Shown here: in pieces, positions 1-12,872 of the stretch
Layout of the letters: every line of letters starts with the position of its first letter
How positions within the stretch are numbered: the first letter of the stretch is position 1
Assembly: GCA_965202585.1 (NCBI GenBank)
Contig: OZ241827.1
Span: 51,150,001-51,214,000, forward strand
From: Thalia democratica
Lineage: Eukaryota
Length of the DNA stretch: 64,000 nt
Reading direction: 5' to 3'
Translations under genes and position numbers: made by a program
The notes under the pieces: model-generated
Seen by the model: the letters and a program-made list of their open reading frames with translations, nothing else
Database searches by the model: none
Told to the model about the DNA's origin: nothing

Positions 1-1121
1 TATATTTCAATTTTTATATGAAATTGTAAATATTACAAACCTTTTGTTTTTAACTTGATTGCAACTCCTAATGAACTATCATGCAACCAGGCATTCTTAT
101 CATAAAGTGTGCTTCTTATAATCAAGTATATTTATATATCTTTACATTTTTTAATTAACCTAACATAACACTTTAATTTCAAATAACCAAGTTTAGTAAA
201 CAATTTTTATTATTTTTTAAATGTAGATTTAAGCTAAAAATTAACAAAAGTAAGTTTTTTTTTTCTATGCACCAGCAAATATTAAAAGTATTAAATTTTA
301 GAGTATTTAAAAATCAAAAATATTTAATTTGTGTGTAGTTTTGTGCTGAGGTATTACGTGACTGCAAGTTACTTTACTTTTCAGTGCTACTTAAATCACA
401 TTTAATGAAATCAAATCACTTTTGATTAAAAGCCGTTTAGATATTAGAGTTTTTTAATTTTTACTCTAGTTTGAAATTTCTGACATACCCTGGTTAACTC
501 AGGTCTTTTAAGGTTAGTTATAAGCAGCTTAGTTTTTCTTTTTTAAACACATGCTGTCCCAGGCTTATTTCAGCTTTTTTTTTAATTTACGACAGTTCGG
601 ATCTATTTTAAATATCTTTAAACGTTATTAAACGTAATAATTAATGTTTTTGCTAATTTTTTTAAACAAATCATTATGTTTAAATTAGTGTTTTTTGAGC
701 AGTGTAACTTAGTTTACTTACAGTTTTTTTCCTCAATGTTTGTTCATTACTGCTTTTTTCTCATAAACTCAAGCTGAATCCGACTAGTTTGATCTAACTT
801 AGAGTGGCGACCTTGAAATGGTCTTTCTTTAGAATTAATTTTTTGTAGTTTAACATTTTTCAGCACTTTCCAGTTATTTTACATTTAATGTTCGTAAAGT
901 ATATTATAACCAATAGTTATTGTTCGTAGGCAATGCTTAAAATTATTTTACATATATCTGTGTTTTTGCAGTAACTTAGAATATTAACTTTATAAGCTAT
1001 TTTTTTAGAATTAATTCCTTTTCCTAAATTCTTAAACTTACATTTTGAAAATTCTAAACAAAAAGTATTAGAGATATATACTTAAATTTGTCATTTATAA
1101 TATGTATGTATATGTATAATG

Positions 1122-1927
1122 CAGGGGTGTGTCTAGACTTTTTTCAATGGGAGTTCACAATTTTTTTCGTTCTTAATTTGCCGCTTAAGTACGCTATTTT
1201 TATGTATCCACTGCCAGTTAAGAACGCAATATTTAGCCGAAAAACTCTTTGTTTAAAATGCTTTTTTCTGCTTAGAAATAGTAATAAAAAACATATAAGT
1301 AGTAGTATGATGTTAGTACAGATGGAGTTTTTACAAATTTTTCGTTTAAGTTTTTAAATTTTTACATTTATATATCTTTTTATAATACAAATGTTTTTAC
1401 ATAAGTAATTGAATCTATAAAATTTGAAATTTCACTAAAAAGTGTTTAGATTTATACAATTAAATTCAAATATCCTTAAATTATAATTAAATGTTTGCCT
1501 GATGGTTCAGGGATTCTAATGATGGATTTCAAATAATTTTTTAAGTAAAGTTGTACTTACTAGTTGAAAAACAATACTTATTCAAAAGTTATTTACACTA
1601 AGTAACAATTTATAATGGGAACTAAGAGCATCTTAGTAACAAGTTTCCAAGAAAAAAAATGCTACTTTAAAACTTTTACCTATTATCATGTCACAACTAA
1701 AATTTTATTTGAAATCTATTTCAGCTCGGCAAAAACGAGCATTTTTTGTTACGGAAACTTATAATCTTTCAGTGTTATAAATTCAACATTCATTATTCAA
1801 AGTTTATCAAATTACCAAAACAAAGTCAATAAACAACGTTTTTAGTGGTATTCTAAGATTTTTTTTTTCTTTTTTCTTTTCTTTTTTTTCAGGAGGTTCA
1901 CAGGAAACCAGTCAAAACACGCCCCTG
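1122..1927. mobile_element. Non-autonomous hAT-type DNA transposon (MITE), 806 bp, perfect 8-bp TSD
   Basis: Termini CAGGGGTGTGT...ACACGCCCCTG form terminal inverted repeats. Flanked on both sides by GTATAATG (1114-1121 and 1928-1935). An 8-bp TSD with CAG ends is characteristic of hAT. No transposase ORF. Confidence 0.9.
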
Positions 1928-2511
1928 GTATAATGTAAGTTATAAAATAAAATGTTTAAACTTTTATAATTTACCGTTAAATTAGTTTTTTTTTACTGGA
2001 AAATTATCGTAGCTTTTTTATATTATTGTTTCTCACGTAAAGATTATTATAGCTTGTTTGAAAAAATCATTAATTATAAACTTTTATTTTATTTCATTGT
2101 TTTGTATTATTTTTAGCTTTTTTTTTGCCTGAAAAGCTGTGTTTCAGAAAAACGTCATCATACAAATAAAGTTAAACAACAAAATAGCTTGTGTAATATT
2201 TGTAAATATTGAAAGATTTTCAAATTTTTATAAAGTTACTTCTGTAAGCTTTATTTTAAGTTGATTGTTTTTTGATAATAACATTTATAGATGAATTTTG
2301 CTTTTTTAGTTTCTTTAAAAAAGGGGGTGTAGGAAGTTTTTCTTTTGGAAAACCTAAATCGTTAAATTGGTACTACTCTTATGACGTCATAAATATAACA
2401 AAATAAAAAGTTTAACAAAACAATTACCGATTTCCAACCTTAATAGTATACATTTAACTATGAACTTACATCAAAATAAAAAAAGTGCTCTGTTTTTTTT
2501 AATACCTAGTG

Positions 2512-2720
2512 CAGGGGTCAGCAGGTATTTAGTGGTCGCTGGCCAAATTTCGAAAAAAAAAATTGCGGGCCGCAGTTCTACTTTTTAAATTTTCAAGATT
2601 TTTTCTCGAAGGCCGAAATGCATTGTTGCGTGCTGCATTTATACCTTTCATGAGCCGCATTTTATTTAGTCTGAAAATATGCTTGCATCCCGCGTGTAGC
2701 CCGCAGTTTGCTGATCCCTG
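2512..2720. mobile_element. Short hAT-type MITE, 209 bp
   Basis: TIRs CAGGGGTCAGCA...TGCTGATCCCTG. Flanks ACCTAGTG / ATCTAATG match 6 of 8 (degenerate TSD). Subterminal GCGGGCCGCA-type motifs. Confidence 0.8.
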
Positions 2721-2904
2721 ATCTAATGCATAAGTTTCTAGCATAGAAATAATACACCTTTGTTTCAAAATTTTTTTAGAAAATCGGTCTCGCCTCTATG
2801 AAGATTCTTTAAACCATCCAAAAATTTGCACAAAGTGCTTTTTGTGATATTTCAAAATATTTTATTTTAGCTGAAAACTCGAAGGTCTATTATTCAGTAC
2901 ACTG

Positions 2905-4233
2905 CAAGGGTGTGTTTTGACTGGTTTCCTGTTTCCTGTAAACCCCCTGAAAAAGAAAAGAAAAAAAAAAGATTCTTAGAATACCACTAAAAACGTTGTT
3001 TATTGACTTTGTTTTGGTTATTTGATAAACTTTAAATATAAATGTTGATTTTATAACACTGAAAGATTATAAGTTTCCGTAACAAAAAGTGCTCGTTTTT
3101 TCCCAGCTGAAATAGATTTCAAATAAAATTTTAGTTGTGACGTGATAATAATAAGTAATAAGTATCATTTTTTTTTCTGGGAAACTTTTTACTAAGATGC
3201 TCTTAGTTCCCATTATAATTTGTTATTTAGTGTAAATAACTTTTGATTAAGTATTGTTATTCAACTAGTAAGTACAATTTTACTTAAAAAATGTCCAATA
3301 TAAACACTAAAGTTTTATTTTACTTAGTTGATTGTGTATAATATGTAGTGTGAAGCTTTTAAACCTTCAAAAGTTCAATTCAGAGAGTTTTCAAAATCAT
3401 CTTTAGACCACTACACCACCTGGCAATTTATTATTTTATCCTTTAATGGTATTTTAATGTTTTTATTTAAACTATCTAATTTTTGTATACCTGTTGGCAA
3501 CAAAGTTGATTCTTGATTTTTTGAAATTTTCAACTCAGAGAGATTTCAAAGCTATCATTAGAATCCCTCCACCACTAGGCAAACATTTAATTATAATTTA
3601 AAGATTTTTTAATTTTATTGTATAAGTCTAAACATTTTTTTAGTAAAATTTCAATTTTTATTTAAGTTGTTTTATTTTTGTATATGTGTTGGCCACAAAG
3701 TTGATTCTTGATTTTTTTTAATTTTCAACTCAGAGAGATTTCAAAGCCATTATTATAATCCCTGTACCACCAGGCAAACATTTAATTATAATTTAAAGGT
3801 TTTTTAATTTAATTGTATAAGTCTAATCATTGTTTGTAGTGAAACTTTAGTTATAGATTAAATAAATAGAAAAAAATATTTTTATTTGAAATAGATATAC
3901 AAATGTAAATAGTTTAAAATTAAAAAGAAAAATTTGTTAGAACTCCATCTACACTAACATTTAAATCAAAATTTGTAAGTTCATAACTTTTTCTGGTTCT
4001 TTGAGCTTTAATTTATTTAAATTTAATACAATATAATAAATAAAAAAATATAATATTTTTCAATCACTACTTAAATGTTTTCTTTTATTTCTAAGCAGAA
4101 AAAAGCTTTTTAGACACAGAGTTTTTCGGCTAAATATTGCGTACTTAACTGGCAATGCATACCTAAGAAATGCGTACTTAAGCACAAAAAATAATTTTGA
4201 ACCCCCTTTGAAAAAAGTCTAGACACGCCCGTG
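2905..4233. mobile_element. Second copy of the 1122-1927 hAT MITE family, inverted orientation, internally expanded
   Basis: Reverse complement of 1122-1927 over most of its length (e.g. 1540-1927 vs 2905-3290; 1122-1340 vs about 3930-4233). Ends CAAGGGTGTGT...ACACGCCCGTG. Flanks GTACACTG / GTACAC(AC)TG. Confidence 0.85.
3380..3850. repeat. Three tandem, diverged copies of an internal ~170-200 bp unit of the MITE
   Basis: Block CAGAGAG(A/T)TTTCAAA...CACCA...GGCAA recurs at about 3381, 3537 and 3730. It occurs once (reverse complement) in the 1122-1927 copy. Confidence 0.75.
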
Positions 4234-7200
4234 GTACACACTGATTCTACTTTATTTATTTTGTAAGTTTAAATAAATTAGTAAGATTTACTTAACATTA
4301 TTAAAGTAAGGGTTGCTCAAAAAGTGCACAAAAATAATTTAACTTTTAAAAATAAACCTACGGAAGAAACACTTAAATTTTTTATCTTGCTTTATTTTTA
4401 AAAGCTTTTTTTAAATGAACTACACACAAATGCTACACAATAGCGGTAGTCAATATTCCAATGTTTGAAAAAGTATTCTAGTGTGCACACAAATTTTCTT
4501 CAATTATCTCATTTACTTAGTTTGTAAAAATTAAAACCAAAAATTAATAGAACAGTAAAAAAAACATTAGATTGAACAAAACACCATAGAACAAAGCTGC
4601 TAATTAAAAGAAGACTATTTAGGTGAGTCTGTCTCAAAAAACCACTCAGGTATCTACAACTTTGTTATCTATTTTGTTCTTTGTCTATCATGATATCTTG
4701 TTATTAGATATCTACAACTAATAGAAATTAACTTAAATATACACAAAGTATCAGAAAACAGTTAAAATGTTTACAAAACTTAATTTTAACTGAAAAGTTT
4801 TTTTCGAAATGTGAAATTTTTTGAAGTTAGGTATGATAAAAGTTTTTTTGCTTTGAATTTAAAAAAAAGTTAATTATTTCAATTCAATACTAAATAAATT
4901 TCTGAAGCTAGTTTTTCGGTTGAGAAAACATCAACTTAAATATAGCAGTCGTCATAATTTCTTATTTCTGAGAAATCTTCAAGTTTTCATAGAATTTTAT
5001 TAAGAAATTCATTACAACTTATGGTTTTTAGTATTTTTAAAACACTTATCTATTCCCATTTTAAATACTATACTTTTTTTTCTTGTGTACCGCATTACCT
5101 TTCAAAATATATTAGTTTTCTTTTCTAATTCTCTGATCGTTTACAATTGTGTTGTATCAAAGCAATTGTTTTAGGATTCCTTTGTATTTAACTCGCTTCT
5201 TTATAGCACTAGCTTATATGCCAATTTTTATAAGATATTATTAATAACTTATGATTTATATAATAAAAAATATAAGCAGTTCGAAGTTTACATGGAATAA
5301 TTAAAATGATGTAAGCAACCAATTGTTGTTTTTCAAACAGTTCTAGCAACTCTTTAAATTATAAGAAGTTATATATAAAAACCTAATGATTTTGATATAC
5401 AAATAGTACGTAAATATTTTTTTGGTACTGAACTCATGTCTCAGTTAGTAACATGCTTTGAAAATTATAATTTTTTTTTTAGATTATATTGTAGATTGAA
5501 ACTGCACTGACACTGTATTATGCAGCATTTCAAAATACTTTTTTAAGTTGGAAAAAATTAATCTTAAAATGAACTGTTGTTGTTTGGAACATTTTTACTA
5601 TTTGTAAACATGATTTTGTTCCAACAACAGTCATTAACTTGAGCGGCCATAATTGAAAAATATTATTTTTATTCGTCGAACTCAAAACAAAACGTTTATA
5701 TAACTATATATTTTTGCACACGATCTTTAATTAAACTAAAGGTTGCTTTTTAATTATTTTGGTAAACATTTATAAACGTGCAGAACAAAAAATTTTACAC
5801 ACTTTGTATATAATAAGTTTGAAACGAGAGAAGTACATAGGAGAGAAGTAATTTTCATTTTGCACTATCTAGAATATTCTCATTAAATAGTTTTGACAAC
5901 ACTATAAATAAAAAGCTTTGTTTATTTAGTTTGTGAATTTTTATTAGTGACGTCATTAAACTTAGTTATAATGAATTTTTTAATACTATTCGTAGTTTAG
6001 TATTCGTTTGATAATTTAAAGGTCTATAAGTTTTATTCTTAATTCTTTTACTTAAAAAACCTCAAATTTATTTGTTTTGCTAATAAAACAAAATACTATT
6101 TCGTTATTTACTCAATTTTCTGTCTTTCTACACTAAAAGTTATAATTCAATTCATAGAATGCATCAGCTTAAATATATAGCTGTATAGCTTTTCAAACGA
6201 AAATTATAGAGATTTACTTTAGTTTTTATGACAGATTTATTTATTCAAAAGTTTTAAATAAGCATAATCCTGAAATTTTTACCATTATCTTTGAAACTAC
6301 ATTAGAATAGTCAGAACACTCCCAAACTTTTTCAATTTAAAACCAAACTACAAGATACTAAAACACTATTGACAGTTTCCAACATGATCATCTTATCATG
6401 TTCGCTGAATACTAGACTAGGGGAGGGCAACATAATACCCGACGTACTTTTACACTTGAAATTTTGATAATCTAACTAATTTTTTCTACTTATTAATAAA
6501 CATTACAAAACTGACAATTTTTCAACAAGTCTGGCTGGAAAATATTTTTCTTTTTTGTTAATCTGGCCTGCTGGCTCAAAAAGTTAACCACCCCTTAGTT
6601 AGGTTTATCATATTTCTTACAATCACTTCTATTCTTTTTTTTTAACTTTTATCCATCTTCAATTTATTTTTCAGGTTCTAACGGAGTACTACTTTTACTG
6701 ACGATGCCTAAGCCCAAAGATCGAAATGTAAAAAACTTGATAATATATTCCAGTTCATTATAAACTAAAACCCTTAACCTTTATACAGGTATATGCTGGT
6801 CAGTTAAAAACTAATAGTTATTAAGTATAAAAAGTTAACTTGAAAGCTTATAACATTAGGTTTAAATTTCGCACTATAAAAAAGTTTTAAGAGGATCAAA
6901 CTTAAATTAGAAAAGTTTTTGATTAAGGGTTTCTAGCAAAAGCTTTGGATATCATTTTCTTCGTGATAAAACTTACAATTTTTTATTATTTTAAAGTGAA
7001 TACTTTCCCAAATAAACCTTACTTCAAAAACGATAATTATAAAATAAAATTTTCTTTACTCTTAGAGAAATAAGACCTAAACAAGAAAATAATATACCGA
7101 AAAAAAAATAACTTTTCCTATTCAGTACTAATATAAGATTATAAAGTTCTCAGGTTAATTGTCTTTTTATTCAAAATGATTATGAAAGAAACTATAAACA

Positions 7201-7502
7201 TGCAAGAAAATTATTACTTTACATAAAATATTACTTGTTAGCTTTTATAAACAAAATTAATAAATATACTTTTTAACGCTAAAATGTTAAACACATATTT
7301 TTTATTCCTATTCAAGTTTTACTTAAAAATAAACAAACAGGCATTACGTAAATCATACGTCAAAACAAAGAAAAAAAAACCTTAAAATATAACTTTTACT
7401 TTATTCTGCTTTATACTAAAGACTTAATTGCAACATTGAACAAGTCTAACAATCCCAACAACTTCTTATTATTTTCAAGCGGCCTGATTGATCTTCATCT
7501 CA

Positions 7503-10500
7503 TTACTTCATCTTCACCCTCTTCTTGCCCTCATTGTAATCCGCCTCGGTCAGTTCGTATCCCCAATGCAGCAGGATCTGCCTGACCACGGGCGACACCT
7601 TGAAGTCGTTCCACTTCTTCCCTCCCCGGCAGATCTTCCCGATCAGGTTGTTCTTCCACCTGCCCTTCATCCCAGTGCAGTTCTTCCACCTTTTGATCTG
7701 CCGCTCGTCGTCGCCCGTTCGCCTGCCGAGGTAGAACCTGAAAAAAATATTTTCTTAAAACCTTAGCAGGAAGAAAATAGGTTTCAGGTTTTAGGGACTT
7801 GGTAGAATATTGAGTTTAAAACCCTACATATTTCTTTTAATAAAAATGTATTTTTTGTTTTTTCTAAAATGGATACCAGTAGAACCTAAACCAACACTTT
7901 CTAATTAAATTGAACTTGATTAATGTTCAAGGTAAAAAACCAGTAAAAATTTATCAAAAAACCTGCAGCTTTGTTTGAAAAGATTTTCCCATGAAAATGC
8001 GTTCTAAACAAAAACCAAGCCTGAAAACATAAGTTCATTCAAACCTGCAGTACCAGTGGAACCACCCGTAAGGATCCTGTTTGTTGATCCACCCCGACGA
8101 CTCCCACATGTCCAAGTCTCCGCCGCACTTCACCTGCAAACAAATGCATCTTAGAAACTGCTAAAAGAGGCACTGATTTTAAAATTATTATATGATATGC
8201 CTTTAGTTGTGATGACGTCATTTTTTTTTTTTGAGAAATAGACATATTAATCAGTTTTACTTTACTACCTAAATCTCCGGCGGAATGTGTCATGTAATCT
8301 TAATGTTAGTAGTAAAGTGAAAAATACTTAAACTACAATAACTTAAGTCTGAAATATATCAAATGATATTACGATTACCTAATAATTTACTACAAAGATG
8401 ATGAATAAAATTTTACGTTTATGAATTTTTTTTAAATTGTACTTTCAAGTAGTGATCTACCGGACCCACAAATTTCGGATCCGTTTACTTTTCTTAAGTT
8501 AAGATCCAGTCAGAACCCAATATTTTTAAAAACTAAGATCTGGCCAGATCCGAATCTGTTTTTTAGATCAAGATCCAGTCTGATCTAAATCTAAGAATCT
8601 TCAAGACTCTTAAAGTGAATTAGACTTCTTAGTTCTATATTAATCATCTAAAACGTATAATAGAAAGAAGAAGCTCTCTAAGACGACAAGTCATATTTAC
8701 TAGAAAAGGCTTTTCCGGGCGAACATAATAAGATTACTTTTCACGCAAGATTGTAACAACATTGTAATTATTAAGTACTATCACGTACAAAAATCAAATT
8801 GATTGCACATTTTTGAAATGTTTAGCCGGTATAAACTTTTAATACTACAAGTTAACTTCAATAAATAACTACAAAGCTTATAATCTCATCAATATTTTTT
8901 TTGTTGTTAAAGATACTAAGCCAACTGACAAGTTTATAGAGGTTAAAGCATAGTAATTTATGTCTCCTGCCAATTAAACATCTTGAAATTTCTTCATATG
9001 TTCTGTATCGAAATTTCATCATAAATGTGAAATTATTTTACGCAGTATTGTTAAGTCTATAAAGTTTTCTGTGATACTTTTAAATATCCAGTTTACTATC
9101 ATATTATAATTTTGGATTTTCAACATTAAAAGTAAGACACGTTAAATTATTGTCACAAAACAATAAAGTTTGGTTTAGTAATTATTAAAATTGTTGGTTT
9201 TAGTTTAATATTTTAGCTAGTGATCTACCGGATCCACAAGTTCTGGTTCCGGATCTTGTTTTATTTTATGAATATTTGTCCGCCAGATCCGGATGTTTTT
9301 TTGCAAACTAAGATCGGACTTAACCTAAGTCCGATTTTTTTTTTCAAAATAAAATCCGGCTGGATCCGGATTCTGACCAAAAAAGGCAATATCATGCCGA
9401 ATCTGGATATTGGATTCGTTAGACCATTTCTTTAAACTAATGGTAATTTATTACAACAACATTATAAAAACATTTAAAATCCTGACCTAATAACCTATTA
9501 CAATTTATTTCAGTTTTTTTCGCCTAAATTGTCAAATTCCAAGTTTTTCCAGATTTTATGACCACCCTGTATACTCATAATCTAACAAAGAATACTAATT
9601 TCTTTCTTGTTTTAAATTTTTTTCTTAATAACTACCGCTTTAACAAGTGAAGAAAATAAGAAGTTTATGCGCTTTTCAAATATTATTCATAATTTAAATT
9701 TGTATAAACAAAGCCTAGTAATAAAGAATTTATTTTGCTATGTTGAAAATGTTGTTGCTTTAAAAGATTTACTGTTTTTTTTTTCGTTTCTTTATTCTCG
9801 CGATCATGTTTAACTTTTTGTTTTTAACTTAAGATTTTCTAACTCAATTAATTTCCAAATTGAGCATTTCTAACTCGATTAGTTTCTAACTTGAGCTTTA
9901 CTAACTCGATTTTTTTAAACCTGGATCTTATCATAACTAAGTATTTAATAATTCGGTTTTTATGAAAATATTTTAATAAACTAACTAAAACAAATAATCG
10001 AGTTAGAATTGTTTAAGTAATAAAAAAATGAAATTAATAGGTCTTGTTTGAAAGATTTAACAACAAAAATTGATTTTTAATAGTTATATAATCATGATTG
10101 TTTTTTGACAAATTAAATTTAGAAAAATTTAAGTTTTTATAACCCCTAAAATTGCAAAACAAATTATAACATATCTGCTACAAAAATACACTCACATATT
10201 GCTTTATATTAGCCGTCAAAAATCCCCTATTACATTGAAAGAAAAAGCTTCAAGTAATTTTGTTCAACTTTACAGTAATCTTCCTGATAAGTACAGCTAA
10301 AAATTGCGCACTCAACAGGAAGTGCATATCTAAAAACTTTGTAGTCATAAGGAAATTACTTTACTTTTTTGCCTAGTTATACTACTTCCCTTTAGTTCAA
10401 GTATTTAAAAAAGCGATTTGTGTTGCTAAGCGGATCAAAGTTACATCTAAAAGTCTTTAAATGGATTTATTAACAATAAATTCATATTAACAACAATTAA

Positions 10501-11556
10501 TATTATTAAATTAACATAAGAGTTAAGTTATAAAACTATAATGTATACAGTCTTACTTGCTTCGTAACTTTATATCAAAGCTTGTTGCTTACCTGTCAAG
10601 TAAACTAATGAAACTATCCGCACTAAAACTTTTTTTAAATAGCTAACTTTTCTAAATAAAAAATAACTATCAGTTACTCAATACAAATATTAATAAGCGG
10701 GATACATGTTTATTTCTCTTAAGTACGTGAACATTTTTACGCAAATGTAAAATACTGATTATCAATCTGTAAAAACACCTAAACTTACGTACTTTACTTA
10801 CTTTTCTTCAGAAAAAACTCAATGACAGTATACTGATGAACTTAGCTTAAGGCTACTATGTTTAAACAAATCATACATATCTGCGTAAATAAAGTGTAAT
10901 GCAAGTACTATTAGTATTCATGTAAATAGTGTCCTAAAATAACCTTTAACTAAAATTATTTTTTCTTGGACCATAAGTAAAAATTTTATTTTATTGACTT
11001 ATTGGTCTAGTATAGGTTTTCACAATCCTTTTCTTAAGCATTAAACTAAAGTCGACTAAAAAGTACGTATTAGAAGCCAACAAACTTTGTACTTGTTAAG
11101 ATCGTTGTTGTACACGGACCTTGATACGCACCGCTTCACATTCAACCCTTTCAGCCAGTCCTGCGGCAGTTCCAGCCACATTTTATCGTAATCCAGCCCG
11201 GTCACCTTCGAGTGGATGGGTCGGTAGTACGTTCCGCCGAAACTGCCCGCCTGGAGTACTTCCATGGGCGAGAGGTTGGGCTGAAACTCGGGCTTGTCTT
11301 TGAAGGCGAACACTTTGTTTTCCTTGCGAGTAGGTAAGGGAGCGGTGTAAGAGTCGCGCTTTCGAGCTTCCTTCTCCGAGTTGACGACGGTTCCGTCGTA
11401 CGAGTACTTCCCGTTTGATCCCTTGAAACTCCCTGGTTTTAGGTCTGAAGATTGAGAGGATTTAGGGTCTTTCGGAAGAAGGTCTTTTGTTTTCTTTGGC
11501 TTTTTAGTTTTTATTTTTGAAGCGTCGCCCGCTTCTTCCGTGACTCTCTTGCTCAT
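7503..11556 (-). CDS. Uncharacterised conserved protein (GSFGGTY / DPYGWFxWYCRF family), 264 aa, 3 coding exons
   Basis: Exons 11556-11086 (MSKRV...GSFGGTYYRPI...NKYK), 8133-8045 (VKCGGDLDMWESSGWINKQDPYGWFHWYCR) and 7737-7503 (FYLGRRTGDDERQIKRWKNCTGMKGRWKNNLIGKI...SPVVRQILLHWGYELTEADYNEGKKRVKMK*). All are joined by GT-AG introns in frame, 795 nt total. Probable 65-bp 5'UTR intron 11573-11637 (AG|GTGAGT...TAG). Confidence 0.88.
8450..8612. mobile_element. Degenerate hAT-like MITE fragment (TAGTGATCTACCGGA end), intronic
   Basis: Starts TAGTGATCTACCGGA, the same end as the 9218 copy, and is rich in GATCC(A/G)G subterminal repeats. Confidence 0.55.
9218..9428. mobile_element. Degenerate hAT-like MITE (TAGTGATCTACCGGA end), intronic
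   Basis: Left end TAGTGATCTACCGGA. Right end TTCGTTAGACCATTT matches 10 of 15 bases of the expected inverted repeat. Many internal GGATCCGG-type motifs. Confidence 0.6.
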
Positions 11557-12872
11557 CTTTTTGCAATTTGTACTAAGATATAAATTAGCCCTTGAGAATA
11601 AAATTACTTAAGCCCTTTAAGAAAACAATTAACTCACCTAAATTGTTTGTTCAGATAACTTTTTAAGTGCACCCTTACAAACTTCTTAAACATCTAAGAA
11701 ACTTAAACAATATATAAAAAAGTAGTATAAATTACTCATTTTTGAATAATTTCAGGCAAACAATAGGATTAGGTTCAATTTAACTGTAAAAAAGAAGCTT
11801 TGGGAACTAAAAACTAAATATTAATTTTAATGGTTAAACATACAATAATTTTAACAAAGCTTTTATAGATGTTTCAAAACTTAAGTGGCTTTATATCTTT
11901 TGCAATAGTTCTACACCACAAGCTGCAAAACATGCGTTATTCGTAAAAAAAATTAGCTAGTGTGTGACACAATGATTGGCTATTTTATTTAAGGACTTCT
12001 AGAAAAAAATTCATCATAAAATAGCAAACAAATATAAAATTAAGTTATCAAGAACTAGGCAACTGAAAAATAAATTTGAAAAGTCTTCAGTCAACGACCA
12101 GTAATTTAAACATTCGAAATAAAAAAAAAAAGATAAGTTTAAAATAAAACTCTCTAATATTTTCAACATGCTATCAAATTAGAAACAATGCTTTAAAGTA
12201 TACATTAAAACTGAACAATAATAAATATGTACAACTTCTATCCAAATTAGATTTATTCCGATTTTAAATTTACCATTTCTTATTCTACACTAACAATCTT
12301 AATTTGAAAAAATATTAAGATTAAAAAGTGTTAGTATTAATTTATACTTTATTTTCAACTTTTTTCAAATCTATTATCTATAAGCTATATTTATCAATAA
12401 AATCAGCATAAACAAGCAAGTTAATTTAAATTTTAAATTCAACAGTTAGGTTAGTATTAATTCTTAAAAATCAGTTACATTATTATCAGATCATTGAACT
12501 AACAAAAATATAGTCTACATTGAGATCATAATTCTTGGAACACTTATAAAGATCTTTATAAATAACTTATTTTACTACAACTGTATTTGTTAACCAGAGT
12601 ATAGAATACTTTTTAAAAATAGCTTTCAAATTTTGCATAAGAATGGAGCAGGTTTATGTTTACAGATTTACATCAGCATGAAAGTCATAAAACTAACCCA
12701 TTTTACTACAGCTAAGTTATCAATAGTACACAAAAATTTATTACCTTATCAAGTGCCAGAAAATATAATTTATATAAAACACAACATAAACAGTATAAGG
12801 CTTTGAGAAGCTCTTAATTTTGAAATATAATTTTTTTAAACATAGTTTGTGTATAAGCCTAGTTTTTTTTTC

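Noticed and set aside
6417-6600. Possible MITE with TAGGGG...CCCCTTA ends
   Set aside because: The terminal match is too weak and no TSD was found.
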